NCBI RefSeq assembly: GCF_913063425.1
Contig: NZ_CAJXYK010000034.1
Location: 911 to 64,910 of the forward strand
DNA from: an uncultured Thiohalocapsa sp.
Lineage (GTDB): Bacteria; Pseudomonadota; Gammaproteobacteria; Chromatiales; Chromatiaceae
Direction: 5' to 3'
Length of the DNA stretch: 64,000 nucleotides
A model generated the notes under the pieces. That model was not told the origin of the DNA. It worked only from the letters and a program-made list of their open reading frames with translations, and ran no database searches. Position numbers and translations under genes: made by a program. How positions within the stretch are numbered: the stretch's first letter is position 1; every line of letters starts with the position of its first letter. Shown piece after piece: positions 6,860-16,314 of this stretch.

Positions 6860-8893
6860 GTGATGACAATGACGCAGCAGCAGATGCCGCCTCGGCGCCA
6901 GCTCAGCGATGAAGTGACCGTGCCGGTCGAAGTGCGTTCGCGTAAGTGTCAGTACCGCCGGCTCGGCGCACCACTCGCGGCCGCCGTCGCCGGTTGCTTT
7001 GCGGTGGGCTCGGCGCAGGCGGTGATTACTCTTGACCCCATCGCTGTCAATCTCAGCGCGGCGACGCCGGAAGCGAACAGGACGTTTTCGGTGGGTCTTG
7101 ATCAGACCTATTGGACACGGTTCTCTGAAAACTGTGACAACGCAGGTGGGACGGGCGGCGGAACTTCACGATGTGAAGGATCAGGCTTTCCAGCGCAGCC
7201 GGCGCCAAACCCGACTGCCCAAGGCGGCACAGCTCAGGCCCTCCTCTTCAGTTGGGGCACCTACGACGAAGTGGATGCCGGTGGCACCTCGCTCAACTCC
7301 GTTCTTCAAGTAGAGTATCGGGGCGACAGCGGGGGGCCGCAGTCGTTCACCTTAGATTCCCTTACTTTTGTGTCAGGCACTGACCGATTAGGCCCCCCTA
7401 ATCCTGACGGCGATAATCCCGCGGGACGCAATTACACTCAAGCTGGACGTCGAGACTTGGGGCAGGGCTCTATGATCGCCTACGAAGTAAACGGAAGTGA
7501 AAATCTGTTGGGTTACTTCCCTAACGACCCGAACAATAACGCACACTTTATTACCGATCAGCTGATGGCCGTCCGTATCTACGACGGCGACAACGGTGGA
7601 GTGAAGGCGGAAGTTCGGGACTGGATTGTGGCGCGTCCGGAGTCGGAGGCGGGGGTGCGAGACGAGTCGACTGACTACTTTGAATTCAATAGCCCGTCGG
7701 ATTATGGTTTCCCCGATTATCGGTTTGTGGGTGTCTCCGGTAACCCGGCGGATGGGAAGACCTATTTCTTCACCGACAATGGCACGGCCGATCCGAATAC
7801 ACCGTCGGACGCGAAGACGACGGTGATGATCGATCCCGGAGACATGATCGAGTTTCAATTCTACGAAGCGTCGAATTGCGGTCCGGGCGGCAACGAGTCG
7901 TGTTGGAATAATGCGACTTCGGCGAACACGGACTTTCTTCCGCCGCCGGATGCGTATTATGGAAGTTTCGACCTGATTCTGAATCCTGCTGCGGCGTCGG
8001 AGCTTCGGGTCACGCCGGATGACACGCTCACCCTACCGAACGCCCGCGCCGGCGACCCGACCGCCACCACCGACAGCATCCAGGTCGAGAACGTCGGCGG
8101 CGGAGTCATCACTGGTGAGTTTGCGGCGCTCACCGGTGACACAACGGAGATCGGGCCGTCCGGCACCCAATCCTTCTCTCTTGCCGCGTCGGGTTCGGCC
8201 ACGGACCAGCGCGATTACACCTTCGATGCGTCGGGGGTGATCTTCGACGTCAGTGACGCGGGTTCCACCGGCAAGAGCTTCACGGTGACGCAGGACATCA
8301 CCAGCGACGCCGATTTGAGTCCCGACCAGACCCGTACCGTCCAGGCGACGGCAAAGAGCCCTATCCTCGGCGTCTCCAACGTAGCGTCGCCGGACACGTC
8401 TGGCTCCGCGGACTGGTTGGCGTATGGCTCGACGATCGACCTCGGCACTCTCGACGTCGGCGATGACTTTCTGGTCGCCGATCTGATTCTCGGCAACTTG
8501 TTCGGCGTGGATGAGGGTGACATGACGGACCTGACCCTGTATAGCGTATCGATCCCAGCGCTGTCGAACCCGAATGGGTTGTTCGAGATCGAGTCCGGTG
8601 AAGTCAGTGGCACGGAGGAGACCATTGTTGCGACGGATACGCGGTTCCCGGCGGTGCGCATCCGCTTCGATCCGGACGACACCGACATCGGCACCTGGAC
8701 TGCGCAGCTCGACTTTGTGACCGACATGTATCGCGCCCACGACGTCGGCGAGCCCAACGCATCAACACTGTCGTTCACGCTTCAGGCGACCTTGCGGGAG
8801 GCGCCGGCCCCAGGGGCTGTCGCGCTCATCGGCATCGGTTTGGTGCCACTCCTCGCGGCGCGGCGGCTGGCGTCGGCGACGTCTGGGCGCTGA
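6860..8893 (+). CDS. Second PEP-CTERM-type surface protein, paralog of 5000-6853 (true start may be downstream)
   Basis: Signal-like RRLGAPLAAAVAGCFAVGSAQA; C-terminal PAPGAVALIGIGLVPLLAARR; shared C-terminal motifs. Confidence 0.8.
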   Translation: MMTMTQQQMPPRRQLSDEVTVPVEVRSRKCQYRRLGAPLAAAVAGCFAVGSAQAVITLDPIAVNLSAATPEANRTFSVGLDQTYWTRFSENCDNAGGTGGGTSRCEGSGFPAQPAPNPTAQGGTAQALLFSWGTYDEVDAGGTSLNSVLQVEYRGDSGGPQSFTLDSLTFVSGTDRLGPPNPDGDNPAGRNYTQAGRRDLGQGSMIAYEVNGSENLLGYFPNDPNNNAHFITDQLMAVRIYDGDNGGVKAEVRDWIVARPESEAGVRDESTDYFEFNSPSDYGFPDYRFVGVSGNPADGKTYFFTDNGTADPNTPSDAKTTVMIDPGDMIEFQFYEASNCGPGGNESCWNNATSANTDFLPPPDAYYGSFDLILNPAAASELRVTPDDTLTLPNARAGDPTATTDSIQVENVGGGVITGEFAALTGDTTEIGPSGTQSFSLAASGSATDQRDYTFDASGVIFDVSDAGSTGKSFTVTQDITSDADLSPDQTRTVQATAKSPILGVSNVASPDTSGSADWLAYGSTIDLGTLDVGDDFLVADLILGNLFGVDEGDMTDLTLYSVSIPALSNPNGLFEIESGEVSGTEETIVATDTRFPAVRIRFDPDDTDIGTWTAQLDFVTDMYRAHDVGEPNASTLSFTLQATLREAPAPGAVALIGIGLVPLLAARRLASATSGR

Positions 8894-8907
8894 GGCGCCA
8901 AAGTCTC

Positions 8908-8966
8908 GACTGCGGCGCAGGGACGCGGCCGGTGCCTTTGCGGGCGCTTGCAAGTGCGCCGCAGTC
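8908..8966 (+). terminator. 12-bp inverted repeat after the surface-protein genes
   Basis: GACTGCGGCGCA (8908-8919) / TGCGCCGCAGTC (8955-8966); no U tract. Confidence 0.4.
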
Positions 8967-9185
8967 ATGCCCATCGTCCCCTGCTTCGACAGGGGCGAGG
9001 CACGCCGAGCGGATGCCCCCTCTCAGGCTCCCTGTCGGGGATTGGCGCAGGTCAAGCCTCGCGGGAGCGGTGCCAGACCGCTCTCGGCTGGACCTCTTGC
9101 AGGCCATGGCGGTCCGGCGGCCTAATACTTTATGCTGCGCGCTGGAAGCATTAAGCAGCCTGACCCGTCAGCCCGTTCCCGACCC

Positions 9186-10106
9186 GTGCACTTCGACATC
9201 CAAGCCTTCCGCAACTGGCAGCACCGCAGCGTCACGCTGCTCGGCATGTCCGGGGTCGGCAAGACCTACCTGTCCGCCCTGCTGCGGCGCAGTGACTGGT
9301 TCCACTACTCCGGCGACTATCGTATCGGCACCCGCTACCTGGATGAGCCCATCCTGGACCTGATCAAGTCCAAGGCCATGGAAGTGCCCTTCCTGCGCGA
9401 CCTGCTGCGTCGGGACTGGATCGCCATCCAGAACAAGATCGCGGTGGACAACCTGGGCCCTGTGCTGAGCTTCGTCGGGCAGCTCGGGGACCCGGACAAG
9501 AACGGGCTGTCCTTGCAGGAGTTCAATCGCCGCCAGGCCATGTACCGGGAGGCCGAGATCCAGGCCATGCGCGACGTGCCGGCCTTCATCGACAAGGCCC
9601 GGCGTATCTACGGCTACAGCCACTTTGTGAACGACGTGGGCGGCAGCCTGTGCGAGCTGGAGGCACCGGAGGTCATCGACCTGCTCGCCCGCCACACGCT
9701 GATCCTCTACATCCGTGTGCCGCAGCAGGACGAGATCAAGCTCATCCGCCGCGCCCAGGCAGACCCCAAGCCGCTCTACTTCCGCCCGGCGTTCCTCAAG
9801 TCCGCCGTCAAGGATTACCTCGCCGAGCGCGGGCTGACCTATGTGGCGGACATCGACCCGGACGACTTCACCCGCTGGGTCTTCCCGCGGCTCTTCCACT
9901 CCCGTGTGCCCCGCTACGAGGCCATCGCCCGCCCCCACGGCTATGTGGTGGAGTCCACGGAGGTGGCCGCCGTCCGCGACGAGCAGGACTTCCTTGCGCT
10001 CATCGAAACGGCCATCGCGCGCAAGGCGGCCGGCGGCGACACCGCGGGCTATCCTGCCTCCACCGGCGCCACACCGCCGCCCGCGGAGCCCGACGCCACC
10101 GCCTGA
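9186..10106 (+). CDS. P-loop ATPase/kinase-like protein upstream of metA
   Basis: Walker A GMSGVGKT; YSGDYRIGTRY; NDVGGSLCE; GTG start inferred. Confidence 0.8.
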   Translation: MHFDIQAFRNWQHRSVTLLGMSGVGKTYLSALLRRSDWFHYSGDYRIGTRYLDEPILDLIKSKAMEVPFLRDLLRRDWIAIQNKIAVDNLGPVLSFVGQLGDPDKNGLSLQEFNRRQAMYREAEIQAMRDVPAFIDKARRIYGYSHFVNDVGGSLCELEAPEVIDLLARHTLILYIRVPQQDEIKLIRRAQADPKPLYFRPAFLKSAVKDYLAERGLTYVADIDPDDFTRWVFPRLFHSRVPRYEAIARPHGYVVESTEVAAVRDEQDFLALIETAIARKAAGGDTAGYPASTGATPPPAEPDATA

Positions 10107-10145
10107 GAAGCCCTCGCCTGAGACGCCCTCGACCGAGCCAGATCC

Positions 10146-11216
10146 TTGCCCATCGTCGCCCACAACGACCTGCCCACCTTCGAGCGCCTGCGCGCCGAGG
10201 GCCAGAACATCCTGCCGTCGGACCGCGCCATTGCGCAGGACATCCGCGAGCTGCACATCGGGCTGCTCAACATGATGCCGGACGCGGCGCTGGCGGCCAC
10301 CGAGCGCCAGTTCTTCCGGCTGGTGGGGCAGAGCAACCAGATTGCGCAGTTCTACGTGCACCCCTTCACCCTGGACGAGCTGCCGCGCTCGCCGGATGCG
10401 CGCGAGCATATCCGGCGCTGGTACGAGCCCTTTGCACAGGTGCGCGAGCAGGGGCTGGATGCGCTCATCATCACCGGCGCCAATGTCGCCGGACCGGACA
10501 TCGCCCGGGAGCCCTTCTGGCGCCCGCTGAAAGAGGTGGTGGACTGGGCCTGTGAATCCGTCACGTCCACGCTCTGCTCCTGCCTCGCCACCCACGCCGT
10601 GATGCAGTTCCGCTACGGGCAGCCGCGGCGGCCGTTGGGCTTCAAGCGCTGGGGCGTCTATGCGCACCGGGTGGTGGACCGCAGCCATCCGCTGGTCACC
10701 AGCGTCAACACCCTGTTCGATGTGCCGCACTCGCGCTTCAACGAAGTCGGTCGCGACCAGTTCGAGGCCGCCGGCGCGCGGGTGCTGGTGGAGAGCGGGA
10801 CCGCCGGCGTGCACCTGGCGGTGAGCGGCGACGGACTGCGGCTGGTGATGTTCCAGGGGCATCCGGAGTACGACACGGTCTCGCTGCTGAAAGAGTACAA
10901 GCGCGAGGTCGCGCGCTACGCCACCGGCGCACGTCCCGACTATCCACCATTCCCAGACAACATCTTCAGCCGCAAGACCCGCGCGGTGCTGGACGAGTAC
11001 CGCCACCTGCTGGAGCACGAGCTCGACCGTGGGCGCCCGCCACCCGAGCTGCCCGAAGCGCGCATCGCCGAGACCCTCGACAACACCTGGCGCGACACTG
11101 CGGAGGGCGTCATCGGCAACTGGATGGGCCTCATCTACCGGGTCACCAACAACGACCGGCGCATCCCATTCATGGACGGCGTGGACCCGGATGATCCCCT
11201 CGCACTGCGTCGCTGA
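10146..11216 (+). CDS. metA: Homoserine O-succinyltransferase (MetA family)
   Basis: LHIGLLNMMPDAAL, LIITGAN, catalytic CSCLATHA, FQGHPEYD; TTG start. Confidence 0.95.
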   Translation: MPIVAHNDLPTFERLRAEGQNILPSDRAIAQDIRELHIGLLNMMPDAALAATERQFFRLVGQSNQIAQFYVHPFTLDELPRSPDAREHIRRWYEPFAQVREQGLDALIITGANVAGPDIAREPFWRPLKEVVDWACESVTSTLCSCLATHAVMQFRYGQPRRPLGFKRWGVYAHRVVDRSHPLVTSVNTLFDVPHSRFNEVGRDQFEAAGARVLVESGTAGVHLAVSGDGLRLVMFQGHPEYDTVSLLKEYKREVARYATGARPDYPPFPDNIFSRKTRAVLDEYRHLLEHELDRGRPPPELPEARIAETLDNTWRDTAEGVIGNWMGLIYRVTNNDRRIPFMDGVDPDDPLALRR

Positions 11217-11560
11217 CGGCCCGCGGCGGCATCGGAATGCAGCGCGCAACGGGCGCTGCTCCGCCTCCAGATGTTACAAGCTTGTCGCCTAACTGCAACA
11301 TTACGGACTGATGGCAGGGTGGGCGAGGCTGTTTGTCAGGCATTTAAGAAATTCCTTACGAAACCGTCATTCTGTGGGGCTCAAACATGCGTTGGTTACC
11401 TGCTTGTCAAGGTCCGGACGGCTGCCTACACTTGCCTTAACAGACCAACTGTGGCCCAACGGCCACATGCGTGGTTTGGAGCTCCGGGAAAACCCGAAAT
11501 CCGCAGGCAGATCAAGGGCGAGGCCCGCACCGAAAGTAAGCATCACTGAGAACGATCAAA

Positions 11561-11815
11561 ATGTTCGACGAGCAAGAGAACGTCATCCGCTACAAGTGGG
11601 ACCCATGGACCGGCTCCGGCTACCGGATCCGTTGCGCAACCGGCGGTGGTGAGCACCACTACTTCGTCGAGGACTGGAGCAACCATGTCGTCGTGGACGA
11701 CTACGGCTGCCACGACCTCGACGAAGCGCTGGGCGTATTGAACCGCTACTGCGACATCGACGTCGCCGCGGAGCGCACCCGCATTGCCGCCTGGCTGCCG
11801 GAGAATCTGCAATAG
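11561..11815 (+). CDS. 84-aa hypothetical protein
   Basis: Host-like codon usage, own intergenic promoter region, followed by hairpins. Confidence 0.65.
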   Translation: MFDEQENVIRYKWDPWTGSGYRIRCATGGGEHHYFVEDWSNHVVVDDYGCHDLDEALGVLNRYCDIDVAAERTRIAAWLPENLQ

Positions 11816-11870
11816 ACCATCCGAGCCCCTGCAGGCCGCCGCATGCGGGGCTCAAAGGTGCAGATTGAAA

Positions 11871-11896
11871 GAGGCCGCCTATGCGGCCCCTTTTTT
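11871..11896 (+). terminator. Rho-independent terminator
   Basis: GGCCGC-ctat-GCGGCC followed by a T run; additional hairpin at 11823-11853. Confidence 0.7.
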
Positions 11897-12012
11897 GCCG
11901 AGGTTCGGTCGTCGGCGATTGCGCGCGCGGGTCATCCTGTCCTTGACGAGGATGCGCTGATTAGGTTCTAATGACGGGCTTCGTACGGCAACACTGCGTG
12001 CGTCCCGCCCCC

Positions 12013-12088
<76 letters not shown>

Positions 12089-12473
12089 TTTTTCAAGCAT
12101 TTAACCTTTTCTAGGGTCTCATCAGCTGCGGTCTGTCGTGCGGTTTGCGCGCGCCTGTGTGCTGCGCCAAAAGCCTCGGATGCCTCGCCGTCGCTGGGCT
12201 CCGGGGCTTTTGCCGTTTGGGGCTTGGCGAAGGTGGGGACTTCTGCGTGTGTTATGGGAGCAGGTGCCGGTAGACGTCGGGAGCCGGGCTTGCATTGCCT
12301 TGAATGGGGCGGCACGCTGGCTTTGCCTGACACCCCGGATGCTCTGCCCAATAGACACCCATGTGCCGCGTCGGGCGCACCCGTACGCGACCTTTGCTGG
12401 CCTGTCTGCTGCTGATGTCGGTCCTGGTCGCGCCCGCCATCCTCCCCGCCGAGACCGCGGCGCCCGATGCCGG

Positions 12474-12776
12474 TCAGCCGGCAATGGTCTCCATGCGCCC
12501 GGCAAGACTGAAGTCCAGCTCCGTGATGCCGCCGGCATCATGGGTGGCGAGGTCCACCCGCACGGTGCGGTAGACATTGAACCATTCCGGGTGATGGTCC
12601 ATGGCTTCCGCCACCAGCGCGGCACGGGCCATGAAGCCGAAGGCCTCGTTGAAGTCCTTGAACTGGAATTCTTTGTGCAGCTTGCCGTCGACGACCTGCC
12701 ATGGTGAGGGCACGGAGGCGTTGAGGGCGGCTAGGGCGCTTTGGATCTCTTGGTCGGTCAGCTTGGTGCGGCTCAT
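12474..12776 (-). CDS. phhB: Pterin-4a-carbinolamine dehydratase
   Basis: [11 protein letters not shown]...[17 protein letters not shown]...THDAGGIT. Confidence 0.95.
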   Translation of the reverse strand: MSRTKLTDQEIQSALAALNASVPSPWQVVDGKLHKEFQFKDFNEAFGFMARAALVAEAMDHHPEWFNVYRTVRVDLATHDAGGITELDFSLAGRMETIAG

Positions 12777-12839
12777 CGGGATCTCCTGGTTTGGGGGTGA
12801 CGAGAGCGGAGGTTGCCCCGGTGCAGCCTGGGTTCAAGT

Positions 12840-12880
12840 GGGGGATTGGGTTGGGCGGGGCGAGGGGCGAGGGGCGAGGG
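12840..12880 (+). repeat. G-rich tract with AGGGGCG heptamer repeats
   Basis: GGGGGATTGGGTTGGGCGGGGCGAGGGGCGAGGGGCGAGGG. Confidence 0.6.
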
Positions 12881-13083
12881 AGCAGACTAACGCTTCGTTA
12901 AGTGCAGAAGTGCACCGGTGCCCGCTTGCGGGGCGTGCGGCAGCGCGGCGCTGCGGTGGGGGCAGTGCGGGTGGCGGATGCGCTTCGCATATCCGCGCTG
13001 CGGCGACAGTGTTCTCACATGGGTCGGGGCGGAGCCGGCGGGCGGTGGATGGCGGATGCCGGCTTCGCCCCTGTTACCCGGTG

Positions 13084-13428
13084 TCAGGCGTCCTGCTTGC
13101 CTTCGGCGACGTCGCCGGCGGCCTCTTCGGCCTTCCTGGCGGTGCGCTTGGCTTTCTTCATCGCAGCGTCGACGACGGACTTGGCCTTGGCGGAGACGCT
13201 CTCGGCGCCGTGCTCGACGGCTTCCACCGCGGCGGCGGCCGTCTGCTTGGTGCTGCGGCCGAAGGCGGGCACCCATTCGGCCACCTTGCCCGCACCGGCC
13301 TTCACCCCGCTGACGACCTTGCCGGTGAGCTGAGCGGCCCGCTCGTGCAGTGCCTTGTCAGTGGCGCCATAGGTGGCCAGCGAGCCGACGGCAACGCCCG
13401 CGGCGAAGGGAATCAGGGGAAATGCCAT
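13084..13428 (-). CDS. Small YtxH-like membrane-anchored protein
   Basis: MAFPLIPFAAGVAVGSLATY followed by a Lys/Ala-rich helix; RBS GGAGG. Confidence 0.65.
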   Translation of the reverse strand: MAFPLIPFAAGVAVGSLATYGATDKALHERAAQLTGKVVSGVKAGAGKVAEWVPAFGRSTKQTAAAAVEAVEHGAESVSAKAKSVVDAAMKKAKRTARKAEEAAGDVAEGKQDA

Positions 13429-13783
13429 GGAGACCTCCAGTTGGGTGGCGGGCACCGCACAGCGGCCCGCAGGTCGGGGGAAAGACACGCGCTGCCGGAT
13501 CTGCTGTCCGGGATCTGCCTTCGCGCATGAGCGGGCGCATCCGGATGCCTGCGCCTTCCGGCGCGCTGCTGTTCAAAGCCTAAGCTTAGCAGATGACAGC
13601 AATATGACCGTTCTGCCCATGGGTGAACGGATCTGTGGCGGTTGCCCGTGGAGGGGACTGACGGGGGCCGACGGCGTCCGTCGCCGACGCAGGCGAATCG
13701 ACACCAAGGTTGGGCTGCCGAGACGCCGCCGACGGCCGTCTGCACTGCTGCCGGCGGCCGTCGGGTTGTGGCGAGCGCCGGCG

Positions 13784-14224
13784 TCAGGCCGCCTCCCGCT
13801 CCTCCAGCTTGCGGATGAGCGGATAGAGGTGCTCCGTCTCGCGTTGGATGCGGTCGAGCACCAGACCGAACATCTGCTCGGTTTCCGACAGGAACTCGCC
13901 GTGGTTGCGGATGGTGAGGCGGCGGCTTGACTCGTTGCACCAGTCCTTGAGGTAGCGGTTGAAGATACGCTTGATCTCCGTGGAGCCGGACAGGAAGCGG
14001 TCAGCGGTGTTCTTGACCGTCTGGTCCGGATAGGAGATGAGCTTGCCGCAGAGCTCGCGGTCCACCAGCTCGATATGCTCCTTTACCTTGCCGGTGTACT
14101 CGAAGAAGACGTCACAGGCGGTCTCGGTGTCGCACATCTCCCGGTTCTGCACCAGGTACAGGAAGACGTTGGAGAGCTCGGTGATCTTGTGGTTCTGAGC
14201 ATGCAGCTTAGAGAAGGCAGTCAT
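13784..14224 (-). CDS. Hemerythrin-like four-helix protein
   Basis: HAQNHKI...KEHIE...RIQRETEHLYP pattern. Confidence 0.6.
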   Translation of the reverse strand: MTAFSKLHAQNHKITELSNVFLYLVQNREMCDTETACDVFFEYTGKVKEHIELVDRELCGKLISYPDQTVKNTADRFLSGSTEIKRIFNRYLKDWCNESSRRLTIRNHGEFLSETEQMFGLVLDRIQRETEHLYPLIRKLEEREAA

Positions 14225-14445
14225 TGCAGGGCATCCTCCATCGGAGCGCTGTCGTTGTCTGTGGTGGTGAGGCAACAGGATTTCGGCTGTCGGCGCTGGC
14301 GTCGCGCCGACGTCTGCGGCTGGACATCGGCGGCGCGATGGCGCTCTCGCAAGCCTGCGCCGCGCTGGCCTTTACCGGAGAAAGTGTAGCTGAATTGCGC
14401 GGGCGCCGTCGCGGCCACTTTGGTACAAGACACTGAATCCACTCA

Positions 14446-16188
14446 TCAACTTTCGATCATCGCCGTCAGCCGCTGGCCCGGGGGGACCATCGGCAGGACA
14501 TTTTCCGCCTTGTCCACCCAGACATCCACCAGCACAGGTCCGGGTTCTGCCAGGGCCTGCTCCAGGACTTCGTGAAGCTTGGACGGCACACGCACCCGAT
14601 AGGTGGAGAGGCGGGGGTAGACGGCCTTCAGCGCCGTGAGATTCGGCAACTGGCGGCGGCAGTTCTGGTCCAGATCGATGCAGCCCGCATCGCAATCCCA
14701 CTGCCGGGCGAGGCAGGTCTCGTGGTGATGGCCGTCGTCCATCATGTCTTCCCACTGACGCACCATGCCGAGGAAGCTGTTGTTCAGGACGAACATCTTG
14801 AGCGGGACACGATTGGCGACGACGGTGGCCAACTCCTGCATGTTCATCTGGAAGCTGCCGTCGCCGTCCACCAGCACCACGGGGTGCTCCGGGTTGCCGT
14901 ACCAGGCGCCGATGGCGGCCGGCAGGCCATAGCCCATGGTGCCGAGCCCGCCCGAGCTGATCCACTGGCGCGGCCGGCTGAAGCGATAATACTGCGCGGC
15001 CCACATCTGGTGCTGGCCGACGCCGGTGACCACCGTGGCCTGGCCGTCGGTGAGCGCCGACAGGCAGGCGACCACCGCCTGGGGCTTGATGTGCTCACCC
15101 TCAGCGAAGGGCAGCGGCATCTGCTCGCGCCAGCGCCGCACGCGCGCCATCCAGTCCGGGTGCCGGGCACTGCGCCCGGAGGTAAGGGCGTAGTCCAGAA
15201 AGCGGCTCAGCGATGCCACCAGCGCCAGCTCGCACTTGATGGTCTTGTCGATCTCGCTCGGGTCGATGTCCACGTGCGCGATGCGCTTGCCATCCGCGAA
15301 GCCCCGCACGGCCACCCGGTCGTCGAAGCGCCCGCCCAGGGTGAGGATCAGGTCTGCCTCGCGCAGCGCGTAATTGGCCGGCACGCTGCCGTGCATGCCC
15401 GGCATGCCGAGGCTGTGCGGCGCGCCCATGGGCACGGCGCCGAGGGCGTTGAAGGTGGTGGTGACGGGGGTGTCGAAGCGCTCGGCAAAGGCGCACAGCG
15501 CGTCCGCGGCGCCGGCGTGGATGACGCCGCCGCCGGCCTTGATCACCGGGCGCTCGGCGCCCGCCAGTGCCGCCAGGATGGCATCGGCGGCGGCGGCGTC
15601 GAAGGGCACCCCGGCGCGATGGCGGGTGCGCGGCGGTTGGCTGCGGGTCAGGGCGGCCTGCTGCACGTCCTTGCAGATGTCCACCACCACGGGCCCGGGG
15701 CGACCGCCCGCGGCCAGCGCGAAGGCCTCGCGCAGCATCCACTCGAGATCCGCGATGTCCTTCACCAGGTAGTTGTGCTTGGAGATGGGCCGGGTGATGC
15801 CCACGGTATCCACCTCCTGGAAGGCGTCGCTGCCGATGGCCGCGCTCGGCACCTGGCCGGTGATGAAGACCGTGGGGATGGAGTCCTTGTAGGCGTCCGC
15901 AATGGGCGTGGTGAGATTGGTGGCGCCCGGCCCCGAGGTGGCAAGCGCCACGCCGACGCGCCCGCAGGCGCGGGCATAGCCCTCCGCCGCATGGCCGGCG
16001 CCGGGCTCCTGGCGGCACATGACCACCTTGGGCACGGGCTCGCCGCGACGCAGGCGCCGGTTCAGCTCAACGTGCAGCGGGATCACCGCCCCGCCCGTGT
16101 GGGCGAAGATCACCGCCACGCCGAGCTCGCGCAGGACGTCGAACAGCACCGCGGCGCCGGTGCGGGGGGTGGATGGGTCGTGCGTCAT
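14446..16188 (-). CDS. ilvB: Acetolactate synthase large subunit (ThDP enzyme), stand-alone
   Basis: RQEPGAGHAAEGYAR, TSGPGATN, AFQEVD, GQHQMW, SGGLGTMG, GDGSFQMN, LGMVRQW. Confidence 0.9.
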   Translation of the reverse strand: MTHDPSTPRTGAAVLFDVLRELGVAVIFAHTGGAVIPLHVELNRRLRRGEPVPKVVMCRQEPGAGHAAEGYARACGRVGVALATSGPGATNLTTPIADAYKDSIPTVFITGQVPSAAIGSDAFQEVDTVGITRPISKHNYLVKDIADLEWMLREAFALAAGGRPGPVVVDICKDVQQAALTRSQPPRTRHRAGVPFDAAAADAILAALAGAERPVIKAGGGVIHAGAADALCAFAERFDTPVTTTFNALGAVPMGAPHSLGMPGMHGSVPANYALREADLILTLGGRFDDRVAVRGFADGKRIAHVDIDPSEIDKTIKCELALVASLSRFLDYALTSGRSARHPDWMARVRRWREQMPLPFAEGEHIKPQAVVACLSALTDGQATVVTGVGQHQMWAAQYYRFSRPRQWISSGGLGTMGYGLPAAIGAWYGNPEHPVVLVDGDGSFQMNMQELATVVANRVPLKMFVLNNSFLGMVRQWEDMMDDGHHHETCLARQWDCDAGCIDLDQNCRRQLPNLTALKAVYPRLSTYRVRVPSKLHEVLEQALAEPGPVLVDVWVDKAENVLPMVPPGQRLTAMIES

Positions 16189-16314
16189 GGTGGGGGGCTC
16201 GTGGCAGCGCCTGCTGATTCGGGCATGATACGGCCTTGCACCCGGCCCGCCATGATGCGCGCCAATTCCCCTGCCGGCCAATGCCGTCCCCGAGCACCAC
16301 GACATCGCGCCCAC

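Noticed and set aside
8985-9045. SAH riboswitch call
   Set aside because: CAGGCTC is present but GAGGAGCG and the pseudoknot partner are not; kept only as a low-interest leader.
12089-12470. Element integrated at tRNA-Phe
   Set aside because: No repeat of the tRNA 3' end or integrase was seen; a terminator-like hairpin follows instead.
12361-12573. Secreted small protein after tRNA-Phe
   Set aside because: Signal-like start, but half the ORF is antisense to phhB and it has no motif; possibly a remnant, unsupported.
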